This document shows positions 55,911 to 64,000 of a stretch of DNA of 64,000 bases, in pieces. The position numbers and the translations under genes were made by a program. Location: contig LCDA01000002.1 of the NCBI GenBank assembly GCA_000998275.1, positions 46,708 to 110,707 of the forward strand, given 5' to 3'. Numbering within the stretch: position 1 is the first letter of the stretch; each line of letters begins with the position of its first letter. The notes under the pieces were generated by a model, which searched no databases, was not told the origin of the DNA, and was given only the letters and a program-made list of their open reading frames with translations. The stretch is from Candidatus Collierbacteria bacterium GW2011_GWA2_42_17. GTDB taxonomy: Bacteria > Patescibacteriota > Microgenomatia > UBA1400 > MFAQ01.

Positions 55911-56591
55911 TCAACCGTTAATTTTCTTCTTTTCGATATCTCTAAGCTTTTTGTAATCCAAAACGTACAAGGCGCTCATCTCTTTTGAATCTTCTTCATA
56001 AAAATGTCGGCCCCTTCTCTCAAAACCACATGCCTCTACTACCCTCATTGAACCAATATTACTCTCGTCAATAAAACAAAAGACAAATACCCCCGTTCCC
56101 CCTTTGATCCTATCAAGTCTTTTTAGCTCTAAACAGGCTTGTCTCACCGCACTGGATATCTGTCCGCCAGGAGCCTTTGGTAGCTTGGCAAAACTAATCT
56201 CAAAAATTTTATTATCATTAACCTCGTTCTTTTTAATTAAACCCGCTCTCACGATCCTGTTAATGATTTTCTTCTCTTCACTGCCTGCATAAAGATATAC
56301 AAACCCCTGAACCTCCCCAATCTCACTGGCTTGATCTTCTCCAAAAATCTTGTCCGTGCCCGACACCGCAAATAGGTAATATCGTCCATAAGCTCCTTTT
56401 TCATCCGCCCATTCATAACGATCTTTTTTAGACATCCCGGCCACACTATCCATCATCTCTTGCACCTCACGGTGATCGACAATCTTCCTCAGTCGCAACA
56501 TATCTTCTTTACGTCCGGAATCAAAAAATCTAATTTCTACCTTCTCACCTGGGTATTTTTTTAGTTTTAGGTCATTTTTATTCATCTCCAC
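55911..56591 (-). CDS. GNAT-family acetyltransferase-like protein; paralog of the N-terminal domain of 53471..54715
   Basis: Collinear similarity: EIRFFDSGRKEDMLRLRKIVDHREVQEMMDSV against VVRFFECEDSRDLRDLIQIVESSEVQRWMDNV, GFVYLYAG against GFIYFYPS, AKLPKAPGG against AKRPGAPAG. Confidence 0.55.
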   Translation of the reverse strand: MEMNKNDLKLKKYPGEKVEIRFFDSGRKEDMLRLRKIVDHREVQEMMDSVAGMSKKDRYEWADEKGAYGRYYLFAVSGTDKIFGEDQASEIGEVQGFVYLYAGSEEKKIINRIVRAGLIKKNEVNDNKIFEISFAKLPKAPGGQISSAVRQACLELKRLDRIKGGTGVFVFCFIDESNIGSMRVVEACGFERRGRHFYEEDSKEMSALYVLDYKKLRDIEKKKING

Positions 56592-56689
56592 ACTAGATTA
56601 TCACATCCGCTAAACATTTTGCGCTTGCTTAATTCGAAAACCAATATACAATTCACCACAAGCACTCTAAAAATCTAAAAGGAGGTAAC

Positions 56690-57412
56690 ATGGCCGTCCA
56701 TTTTCTTGCTTCTTTTCTTGACAAAGCTTCCGGTCTCTTTAGTAAGAAGTCTCTGCCGTCGACAATCGAACTCTACGACCCCATTACTGTTAGTCGACCC
56801 GATGTCGAGTTTCGAGTTCTCTCCTCTCTCGCTAAACAAAATGTCTATTTCATCGACCTGGACACGACAAACTACATCGACGGACTGATCTATCTGCCTT
56901 CTCTCGGTTTGACGCTTACTCCCCCTCCCCCTCAAAAAGCCGCTCGCAGTAATTTGGGTTTCTTAAATCTGGAAACCAAACGGGAAACAAGCTCTCCCTC
57001 CAACCCGAACGTAGCCGAGGTTGATGCTGTTTTGTACTTCGAGTATGAGGGTCGGGAATGCAAAACAGGCTTACTTGATAACGGACTTGCTTACCTGTTC
57101 TTTGTCAAAATCTGGAATGACCTTGACTTCATCATCTGGGAAAAAATCCTCGAAGAAGTTGTCAGGGATCTAACTCTTGATTTTGAAGGGTATCTTCTTC
57201 CCAGGGTAAACTTCACGGTAGCCACCACCTTTATTCCCCACAAACCCTCAGAGCCCAGTAAGTTAATAATCAATCGTCAAGACGACAACTCCGACGCCTC
57301 ATTTGCCGTATCCAACCACACGATTGGCACCCTGGAAAACAGTGACGGGTTTGACGACGATGACGACGATGAAGAATACGAAGAATTAAAAAAACCTAAA
57401 CCCCGACACTAA
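56690..57412 (+). CDS. Hypothetical protein with a poly-Asp/Glu C-terminal tail (240 aa)
   Basis: RBS aaaaggaggtaacATG and the C-terminal DDDDDDEEYEELKK. No family match. Confidence 0.5.
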   Translation: MAVHFLASFLDKASGLFSKKSLPSTIELYDPITVSRPDVEFRVLSSLAKQNVYFIDLDTTNYIDGLIYLPSLGLTLTPPPPQKAARSNLGFLNLETKRETSSPSNPNVAEVDAVLYFEYEGRECKTGLLDNGLAYLFFVKIWNDLDFIIWEKILEEVVRDLTLDFEGYLLPRVNFTVATTFIPHKPSEPSKLIINRQDDNSDASFAVSNHTIGTLENSDGFDDDDDDEEYEELKKPKPRH

Positions 57413-57494
57413 TCGGGGTTTTTCTTTATCTCCGCATTGCGATAATACCAAACCAAGGGTACAATCTCACCAAGCACACTAAAAAGGAGGTCGC

Positions 57495-57716
57495 ATGATC
57501 GTCTTAACTCCACTGTTGTTCTGGATTTCTGTTTCCTTCGGTTTTCTCTGTCTCACTGGTGTCTACTTCTTCGAGAAGTGGTATCTCAAGGTCAACAGAC
57601 CCACCCCCAAACAAGAACTGATTCATAAATATCTTTTCCCCTTCCTGTTCTTGTGTTTTTTGGTCTTCGGCTTTACCCCAATCTTCTTCTGGTTCCTTTT
57701 ATTGCCCTTCCACTAA
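57495..57716 (+). CDS. Small hydrophobic membrane protein (73 aa)
   Basis: RBS aaaaggaggtcgcATG, two TM helices, and a terminator at 57724..57750. Confidence 0.5.
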   Translation: MIVLTPLLFWISVSFGFLCLTGVYFFEKWYLKVNRPTPKQELIHKYLFPFLFLCFLVFGFTPIFFWFLLLPFH

Positions 57717-57723
57717 GTGTTAC

Positions 57724-57750
57724 GCCCCGATTTGCATCGGGGCTTTTTTT
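57724..57750. terminator. Bidirectional rho-independent terminator (gccccgat-ttgc-atcggggc + T7)
   Basis: A perfect 8-bp stem followed by ttttttt. Lies between the convergent genes 57495..57716 and tsaC. Confidence 0.8.
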
Positions 57751-58354
57751 ATACCTCCACCACAATACTCCCTTGCCTCAAAATCTTTATTTCCTTCCCT
57801 GTCGTATCCACAATTGTTGACGGCTGACGCAGAAGTAACTCTCCCGCGTCAATAAATAAATCAATTAATTTTTGTTTTTCTTTAGGTACCGTTTCCAAAA
57901 ACTCTTTCAGACTTTTCGCTGTCATCGCCCCGGAAACATTGGCCGACGTCGAGGTAATTGGTTTTCCAAAAATATCAATTATCTCCAAAATATCCTTACT
58001 GTCCGGATTTCGCAGTCCTAACGTATTAGTTTCTCCCTGCGCTTTTTTTGACACCTTGTTTTTACTTGTGGCTACAATAGCCACCGCACCCGGCCAGTAT
58101 TTCTGCACCACTTTCTTACCCAAATCACTCAAAATTACATACTCTTCCGCCATCGCTACCCCACTCACCGCTACCAACACTGGCTTGTTTCCTCGCTCAC
58201 CCTTAAACTTCCATAACTTCTCCAAAGCCATCTCGGAAGTTGCATCCACTCCCAGTCCGTAAACCGTTTCGGTTGGATAAACTACCAAACCGTTGGCTTT
58301 AAGTACTTTTACTACCTCGTCTGTCTTTAATTGTGAAAGCAAAACAGTTTTCAT
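57749..58354 (-). CDS. tsaC: L-threonylcarbamoyladenylate synthase (TsaC/YrdC/Sua5 family)
   Basis: YrdC motifs (VYPTETVYGLG, TSTSANVSG). 201 aa, so the short YrdC form. Confidence 0.8.
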   Translation of the reverse strand: MKTVLLSQLKTDEVVKVLKANGLVVYPTETVYGLGVDATSEMALEKLWKFKGERGNKPVLVAVSGVAMAEEYVILSDLGKKVVQKYWPGAVAIVATSKNKVSKKAQGETNTLGLRNPDSKDILEIIDIFGKPITSTSANVSGAMTAKSLKEFLETVPKEKQKLIDLFIDAGELLLRQPSTIVDTTGKEIKILRQGSIVVEV

Positions 58355-58429
58355 CTATCGTATTTTAACCCAAGACACTTAAACCACAGATTATTTTTTT
58401 GAAACCAACAATCTGTTAATATCTAATCA

Positions 58430-59434
58430 ATGCAAAAAATTGTTACCTTAGGTGGTGGTACCGGTGCGCCCATTATCACCCAAGCCCTTCTCCTCGCCGG
58501 GTACAAAAATCTTTCTTGTATTGCATCAAGTATGGACTCTGGCGGTAAAACAGGCATTATCCGCTCCGACGAACGCGACCAAGTTATCGCCATCTCCGAT
58601 CTTCTTCGCACCCTCATTTCCCTAATCTCCAGTACCAATCATAAAAAAAATATCCAGGCTTTTACTGATCTCGTCTCCTTCACCGATGGCCGCCAAAGAA
58701 ATCTTGGCTACACTCTCTACTACGCCCTTCTGGAGATGTATCAAAACGACTTCATTAAAGTCCAAGAACATCTCGAAAACCTTCTGGGTATCAAGTTTGA
58801 CGGCACCGTCATTCCGGTAACTACCGACTCCAGCAACATCTGTTTCGAAACAAAAAACGGCACTGTTTTCCGGGGCGAGCACGAGCTGGACAAACAATCC
58901 ATGTCCAAAAACTCCATTACCGATCTTTGGCTGGATCCGGATGTGCCGGCTACTCCTCAAGCTATCGAGGCCATCGAAAACGCCGACTTCATCATTTACT
59001 GTCCCGGTAGTATTTATGGTTCAATCATTAGCACCTTTCTCCCTGTAGGTATCAAGGAAGCTTTAGAACTCTCCAAAGCAAAAAAAATTCTCATTACCAA
59101 CCTTGTCTCAAACAGAAATCAAACCCATCATTTCACTCCGGAAAAATATTTAAAAACCTTCCGTCGCTTCACCGGTCTTTCCCAACCCTTTGACATCATC
59201 ATTACTCCCCACATTTCTCAAAAAGCTTTCGAGAAAAAATACTCGAGGGTGGCCTGGTCGTATGCCCTCGAACACTCCCATTTTCTTGGCTGGTCAAAAA
59301 CCGAACTCAAATCTATTTCCAACAAAGGTATCAAAGTATTAACTTCTGATATTATCTCTATCACCCCTCAACTCAACCGCCTTCGCCATGATCCCCAAAA
59401 ACTCTCCAAACTTCTCAAAACGATCATCAAATAA
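58430..59434 (+). CDS. CofD/YvcK-family protein (UPF0052, gluconeogenesis-factor-like)
   Basis: N-terminal IVTLGGGTGAPI glycine-rich loop and 334 aa, collinear with YvcK/CofD. Confidence 0.7.
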   Translation: MQKIVTLGGGTGAPIITQALLLAGYKNLSCIASSMDSGGKTGIIRSDERDQVIAISDLLRTLISLISSTNHKKNIQAFTDLVSFTDGRQRNLGYTLYYALLEMYQNDFIKVQEHLENLLGIKFDGTVIPVTTDSSNICFETKNGTVFRGEHELDKQSMSKNSITDLWLDPDVPATPQAIEAIENADFIIYCPGSIYGSIISTFLPVGIKEALELSKAKKILITNLVSNRNQTHHFTPEKYLKTFRRFTGLSQPFDIIITPHISQKAFEKKYSRVAWSYALEHSHFLGWSKTELKSISNKGIKVLTSDIISITPQLNRLRHDPQKLSKLLKTIIK

Positions 59435-59468
59435 AAACCCGCCATTTCTGACGGGCGAACTATCTTTC

Positions 59469-59726
59469 CTAATTGGTTTTTACTAAATCAACGACTACCG
59501 AACCAGGAGGTAACATCGAAGCTTCAACCGGAAACAACTTCATCCGATCCTTTACCTCCACTCGGAATAGCTTGCCGTCTGGACGACGAACATAATCTCC
59601 ATTTTGACAGTGATATTCCCTGTCTTTAGTCTGGAATACTCCCTCAATCCCGAAAGAAAAGGTATCCATCACCATTTCTCCTTTCACTGAATGTGCGATA
59701 TTTATGCGATTATACAACAAAAACAT
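59469..59726 (-). CDS. Hypothetical protein (85 aa)
   Basis: Short ORF. No family match. Confidence 0.3.
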   Translation of the reverse strand: MFLLYNRINIAHSVKGEMVMDTFSFGIEGVFQTKDREYHCQNGDYVRRPDGKLFRVEVKDRMKLFPVEASMLPPGSVVVDLVKTN

Positions 59727-59944
59727 ATACTCTCGTGCATCATATTAAAGAAAAATATTCTGCACCTCAGCATCAAAAAAAATAATTTTTGATCAACTCA
59801 CTTTGTATCTTCTACCGCCGGTTCACCCCTACAACGGGTGCATCCTTAAACTACCTTGCTGACCTCAAGGCGTTTCTACAACTCTAAAAGACACTTCATG
59901 CTTCGACCTACCCTACTCAATTACTGTCCGCTTGTTAAGGATTC

Positions 59945-59995
59945 TATCTGTGTTTAAAACGATGGTCACGTAGACACAGATTTTGTTTTTTTGCC
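59945..59995 (+). terminator. Rho-independent terminator-like hairpin (atctgtgt ... acacagat + tttgttttttt) inside the long secE upstream region
   Basis: An 8-bp stem and about 20-nt loop followed by a T-rich tract. Seen directly. Confidence 0.5.
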
Positions 59996-60203
59996 CTGAC
60001 CTTGACACTTGGGATCTTTCCCCAAAACGTAAAGGTGGGTGAACTGTCCCGACACTGGAAATGTCGAGAACTCCGTCCCCCGAAAGATAGCTTGTAGAGG
60101 AAAAACCTCCCAATCTATCAAAGTTCAGAGCAACCTCATTTAATCACGTCATGAAAACTCGTGTCAAGTTTGCACAACTCGAATACCTCAAATCGACCCT
60201 TCC

Positions 60204-60407
60204 ATGTTAAAATACCTTGATATGCCTCGTCCACTTGAATATATACGCTCGATAAGACTAGAAATGAAGCAGGTAAAATGGCCGTCTCACCAGACTGCCT
60301 TAAAGATGACCATCCTCGTCATCATTACTAGTCTAGCTGTAGCGTTTTACTCAGGAGGACTGGACTATCTCTTTACGACCATGCTTGCCAAAGCACTAAA
60401 TCGCTAA
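60204..60407 (+). CDS. secE: Preprotein translocase subunit SecE
   Basis: 67 aa with a single C-terminal TM, immediately upstream of nusG. Confidence 0.85.
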   Translation: MLKYLDMPRPLEYIRSIRLEMKQVKWPSHQTALKMTILVIITSLAVAFYSGGLDYLFTTMLAKALNR

Positions 60408-60408
60408 A

Positions 60409-61026
60409 ATGAAACTAAAAGAAGACAAAGCCAAACAAATTGATGAACTTGTGCCCAAAACACAGGATCCTAATCACGTCGTCATTACCGACAACGCCCC
60501 TCCCTCCGCCAAGTGGTACGTCGTTCACACCCAATCTGGTCACGAAAACCGTGTTTTGATTACACTAAAAACCAGAGTAATCTCCATGGGTCTTGAGAAC
60601 TTCATCTACGAAATCCTCATTCCAACTCAAGAAAAGATCAAAATCAATAAAGGTAAGAAAACCACCATCAAAGAAAAGCTTTTCCCTGGTTATATGCTCG
60701 TTCGTATGATTGTCTCCGATGACTCCTGGCTCGCTGTCCGCACCACCCAAGGTGTTACTGGCTTCGTCGGCACCGCCGATCAACCCACCCCTCTTCCCGA
60801 AAACGAAGTTAAGGCCATCACCGCCTTTGGCCAGCAAGCTGCTCCCAAGTTCCAAGCCGCCTTCACCATGGGTGAGGCCGTCCGCATCATTGAAGGACCT
60901 TTCACCGACCTCCTCGGAACCGTCTCTGCCATCGACGACGCCAAGGGCAAGGTCACAGTCTTGGTCAGTATTTTTGGACGCGAAACTCCCGTCGAGCTCG
61001 ACTTCCTCCAAATCTCCAAGATATAA
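60409..61026 (+). CDS. nusG: Transcription termination/antitermination factor NusG
   Basis: NGN domain (WYVVHTQSGHENRV) and a KOW C-terminus (GEAVRIIEGPFTDLLGTV). 205 aa. Confidence 0.9.
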   Translation: MKLKEDKAKQIDELVPKTQDPNHVVITDNAPPSAKWYVVHTQSGHENRVLITLKTRVISMGLENFIYEILIPTQEKIKINKGKKTTIKEKLFPGYMLVRMIVSDDSWLAVRTTQGVTGFVGTADQPTPLPENEVKAITAFGQQAAPKFQAAFTMGEAVRIIEGPFTDLLGTVSAIDDAKGKVTVLVSIFGRETPVELDFLQISKI

Positions 61027-61090
61027 GGGCTTTCTTGACACTCTTTTCTCTTCCTGTCATATTTAAGGTAGTCCCCCAACGGGATGTGTC

Positions 61091-61426
61091 ATGAAAAACT
61101 TAAATAGTGAAGAAACACTCTGGGTAGTCCTTCCAATTCTTCTTGTAGTTGGTATTCTCATTGCCAGCATCATCATTCTCCCTAAAACCCAAACCGAAAC
61201 TCGCAGCAAAGCCTCTGAACCCACCGTAGTTCCAACGATCGTCGCCACCCCGACCGTAACCCCTCTATCTCCCGAACGTCCCGAAATCATCTGCTCCGCC
61301 CTGTACTCTCCGGTCTGCAGCCAAAATGGCGTTACCTATCCCAGTGAGTGTGAGGCCAACAACGCTGGTGTCACGGCCTTTACCTCAGGCGAGTGTCCCC
61401 CGACCCAAGCCGCACCACCCAAGTAA
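61091..61426 (+). CDS. Membrane-anchored Kazal-like (atypical 4-Cys) protease-inhibitor-domain protein
   Basis: N-terminal TM and a PT-rich linker. C-terminal C-x7-C-x10-C-x14-C with the Kazal hallmarks Y.PVC...G.TY...C, spacings matching Kazal C2-C3 and C3-C4. Confidence 0.6.
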   Translation: MKNLNSEETLWVVLPILLVVGILIASIIILPKTQTETRSKASEPTVVPTIVATPTVTPLSPERPEIICSALYSPVCSQNGVTYPSECEANNAGVTAFTSGECPPTQAAPPK

Positions 61427-61534
61427 TTTCTCCGTCACTCTAATTCTCTCAGCTACCAACTGAGTTTTATTTGACTTATAATCTTTTTTCAGGTATGATG
61501 TCCCTCAATCCCGCACCCTAAAAGGAGTAATCCC

Positions 61535-61870
61535 ATGTTAGATTGGTTCAAATCAAGACTAATTGTTGTTCGAATCATCTTCTTTGTCCCCATCCCCGTC
61601 ATTTTAGCAATCTGGGCCTGGGGAATTCCTGCCGTCGTAATCTCATTCATCCTAACTGTCTTTTTTGCTACCGCCGTTACGGCATTTGAATCCAAAGACA
61701 TCTTTAATATTTGGTGTTTCTGTGCCTCCACTTCCTCCATTGTGGCCTTGTACTACATTGCATCAACAAATCCGGCAGCACTTCCGGGAGCACCATACCT
61801 CGAAGGTTTCTTGTACCCTCTTTTGTATCTGATTACAGCTATTGTTCTCTTTCCAAAAATTAAAGAGTAA
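61535..61870 (+). CDS. Hypothetical polytopic membrane protein (111 aa)
   Basis: RBS aaaaggagtaatcccATG, three to four TM helices, and a terminator at 61882..61906. Confidence 0.5.
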   Translation: MLDWFKSRLIVVRIIFFVPIPVILAIWAWGIPAVVISFILTVFFATAVTAFESKDIFNIWCFCASTSSIVALYYIASTNPAALPGAPYLEGFLYPLLYLITAIVLFPKIKE

Positions 61871-62054
61871 CCTCACGCTATTATCCCGCCTTAAAGGCGG
61901 GATATTTTGCACCTTCTATGATAGAATACTTCTACCTCGGCCAGTCTGAGGGAGCTTACCAAAAGTAAAGCGAAATAGGTATCTCTACTAACTAATGCAT
62001 CAAACCTATTCAACTTTCTTTTTGTGTGGCTAATATTAAATACATAAAATAAAC

Positions 62055-62480
62055 ATGGCAAAAAAAGTCAAAGCCATCCTGAAGTTAAATCTTCCGGCTG
62101 GCTCCGCCAATCCCGCTCCTCCCGTTGGTCCTGCATTAGGTCAGCACGGTGTCAACATCATGGAGTTCATTACCCAGTACAATGCTAAAACCGCCGAAAT
62201 GCGTGGTCAGGTCATTCCTGCACTGGTTACCATTTTCGAAGACAGATCTTTCAAATTCGAGCTCAAAACCCCTCCCGTCACCGCTCTCATCAAACAAGCT
62301 CTTAATATTAAACTTGGTTCCGGCACTCCTAACAAAAACAAGGTTGGTGAAATTACTCTGGAACAAATCAAAACCATTGCCGAAAAAAAACTCGCCGACA
62401 TGAATACCAATGACATCAACTCCGCTATGGAGATGATCAAAGGTACTTGTAAATCAATGGGTATTACTATCAAAGAATAA
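62055..62480 (+). CDS. rplK: 50S ribosomal protein L11
   Basis: L11 N-terminal [21 protein letters not shown] motif. 141 aa. Confidence 0.92.
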   Translation: MAKKVKAILKLNLPAGSANPAPPVGPALGQHGVNIMEFITQYNAKTAEMRGQVIPALVTIFEDRSFKFELKTPPVTALIKQALNIKLGSGTPNKNKVGEITLEQIKTIAEKKLADMNTNDINSAMEMIKGTCKSMGITIKE

Positions 62481-62485
62481 CTATT

Positions 62486-63361
62486 ATGGCTAAAAAAATA
62501 ATCTGGGACAACCTATACACCGACCTACCTACACACGTCGCCGTCGCTCTTCGTACCGCTCGCTTGAAGCCGGAACAAATCATCCTCAAAGAAGATGGTG
62601 AGCTCATGGCCATCGAAGGCATCAAGGAAGAGGACCTTGACTCCATAAGAGCCATCTACAACGCCGACTCCATAGCTATTCCTACCAAGGAAGAGGTCAA
62701 AGAGGCCGAAGCCAAGGAAGAGGTCATAGAAGAAGCCAAAAAAAATGCTAGGAAGGTTGTTGCCCGCAAACGCAGCAATAAATACAAGACCATGGCTAAA
62801 GCTATTAAAAAGGATGAACTCTACTCGGTTGCCAATGCCGTCGCCATCCTGGCCAAGCTTTCCAAAGCTTCCAAGCTCAAAACCGTCGAGCTTCACCTTA
62901 ACACGCGTGAAACAGGCTTAAGAGGCGAGCTTAAACTTCCTCACTCTACCGGCAAAGATATCAAAATCGCCATTTTCTCTGATGAAGTTGCTGCTAAAAT
63001 TACCGCCAATACCATCGACTTTGACATTCTTCTCTGTACTCCTGCCGACATGCCCAAAATCGCCCGTTTTGCCAAGATTCTAGGTCCCAAGGGCCTTATG
63101 CCTAACCCCAAGTCCGGTACCGTTACCGAACACCCGGAAGAAAGAGCTAAACAACTTGCTGGAGGTGGCACTTTACCTTACAAGACCGAAGCCAAGTTTC
63201 CCATCATTCACCTCAATTTAGGCTCCATCACCCAAAAGAATGACGACTTGGTAGATAACATCAACGAAGCCATAAAAAGCATCAACGTCACGAAAATCAA
63301 ATCCGCTTATCTCTCCTGTACCCACACTCCTTCCGTCAAGCTTGCCATAAGCAATATCTAA
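62486..63361 (+). CDS. rplA: 50S ribosomal protein L1 with a charged N-terminal extension of about 80 aa
   Basis: L1 core from about residue 95 (ELYSVANAVAILAK...GPKGLMPNPKSGTV). 291 aa against a typical 230 aa. Terminator at 63388..63412. Confidence 0.88.
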   Translation: MAKKIIWDNLYTDLPTHVAVALRTARLKPEQIILKEDGELMAIEGIKEEDLDSIRAIYNADSIAIPTKEEVKEAEAKEEVIEEAKKNARKVVARKRSNKYKTMAKAIKKDELYSVANAVAILAKLSKASKLKTVELHLNTRETGLRGELKLPHSTGKDIKIAIFSDEVAAKITANTIDFDILLCTPADMPKIARFAKILGPKGLMPNPKSGTVTEHPEERAKQLAGGGTLPYKTEAKFPIIHLNLGSITQKNDDLVDNINEAIKSINVTKIKSAYLSCTHTPSVKLAISNI

Positions 63362-63387
63362 GTCTCAGAAAGTTACCAAGGTTGCAG

Positions 63388-63412
63388 AAACCCTCCCTCC
63401 GGAGGGTTTCTT
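63388..63412 (+). terminator. Rho-independent terminator (aaaccctccc-tcc-gggagggttt + cttg)
   Basis: A perfect GC-rich hairpin after rplA. The T-tract is weak. Confidence 0.6.
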
Positions 63413-63505
63413 GCAATTTGAACTATTATGAGATACAATTCGGCCATCATCAGCCACGAGCTGAATCACCTTAAAATTTTTGATTAGACCCAAAAGGAGG
63501 TCGTC

Positions 63506-64000
63506 ATGGAAATCGGTAACAGTCGAACTAAATGGTTCATTATTGCTTTGTTTGTCATCGGATTCCTTGTGTTTTTCCACTTTGCCCTCGGAGATGTCGA
63601 TCTGTTTTTTGCCCTAATGGGCGTGATCGTCATCGCCAGTTCGATTATCTTCCTCACTTCGAGGAATTTCTTTAAAACCCTTCTCGGTTTTGTTGTCGTC
63701 CTTGCTCTCTTCGCTTTTGGCATATGGTCATCTGAAAAAATTGACACCGCCTTTGCCGAATCGCAACCCCCTCGCCAGATCGAGGAGATCATCGTCGATG
63801 GCCAGGACACCTCTCTCATCATCCCATCGGAAAGCACCGAAGTCGCATCCGGCGAACCGCTGCCCACCTTCACTTCCGGAAACTGCGTTTCCGCTAACTT
63901 TCCCGAGAGTGTCCGACAGTGGTGTCCTCTTATTGAAACCAGTGCCGCAAAATACAACATTGATTCCAAACTCATCGCCTCGGTCATGCTTCAGGAAAGC
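63506..64000 (+). CDS. Membrane-anchored lytic transglycosylase (SLT domain), 5'-partial view that runs off the right edge
   Basis: RBS aaaaggaggtcgtcATG. TM helices, then WCPLIETSAAKYNIDSKLIASVMLQES, the SLT catalytic-Glu motif. No stop before the window end, which is why the ORF track omits it. Confidence 0.65.
   Translation, partial: MEIGNSRTKWFIIALFVIGFLVFFHFALGDVDLFFALMGVIVIASSIIFLTSRNFFKTLLGFVVVLALFAFGIWSSEKIDTAFAESQPPRQIEEIIVDGQDTSLIIPSESTEVASGEPLPTFTSGNCVSANFPESVRQWCPLIETSAAKYNIDSKLIASVMLQES

Noticed and set aside
59832-59843. Possible att-site remnant resembling the tRNA-Trp 3' end at the far side of the 9-kb block
   Set aside because: Only about 11 of 13 positions match, and that needs one indel. 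Such a short tract is expected by chance, and no integrase is present.
61871-62054. Possible L1-binding autoregulatory leader upstream of rplK-rplA
   Set aside because: Plausible by position, and a GGGAG-containing stem is present. I could not convincingly fold the 23S-rRNA-mimic structure by eye, so it is not reported as a feature.
1-64000. CRISPR arrays, rRNA genes, transposases, integrases and prophage structural genes
   Set aside because: No short regularly spaced repeat arrays were found, and no rRNA-like conserved tracts. No DDE/tyrosine-recombinase-like ORFs were seen. The tail-fibre-like giant protein has no accompanying phage morphogenesis genes.

Overview
This 64-kb window comes from a compact, gene-dense bacterial genome. 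Most of the first 30 kb is coded on the minus strand. The content is mainly housekeeping genes in recognisable conserved neighbourhoods: rpsF-ssb-rpsR, cysS, dnaX-ybaB-recR, ybeY, rpsU, rseP-frr, tsf-rpsB, folD-tmk next to a thyX-like gene, topA, a mreB/mreC/mreD/PBP2 cell-shape cluster, def-fmt, rpmB, an Elp3 homolog, and rpmG ... tRNA-Trp ... secE-nusG-rplK-rplA. There are four tRNAs (Tyr, Thr-GGT, Thr-TGT, Trp). I found no rRNA, CRISPR array, transposase, integrase or reverse transcriptase. Several traits fit an uncultivated small-genome lineage such as CPR/Patescibacteria, but this is inference only: a short EF-Ts, a Lys-rich N-terminal extension on S2, an extended L1, no pyrH between tsf and frr, an Elp3 homolog, many small lineage-specific ORFs, and a 1773-aa repetitive surface protein. 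The most notable observations: (1) a two-gene surface module, a giant tail-fibre-like repeat protein preceded by an HTH plus polytopic-membrane plus Cache-like sensor protein; (2) a tandem two-domain ThyX-like protein whose catalytic motifs seem split between the halves; (3) topA broken by a frameshift at a homopolymer with an internal deletion; (4) mreC inverted in place, head-to-head with mreD; (5) the rpmG/tRNA-Trp/secE-nusG-rplKA cluster interrupted three times, by a paralogous gene pair with duplicated terminators, a 9-kb block after tRNA-Trp containing a GNAT-C39 peptidase fusion, and a Kazal-like inhibitor gene inside the ribosomal operon; (6) a LAGLIDADG-like ORF inside a tRNA cluster; (7) an unannotated rpmG (L33) gene and a partial lytic-transglycosylase gene that the ORF track missed.
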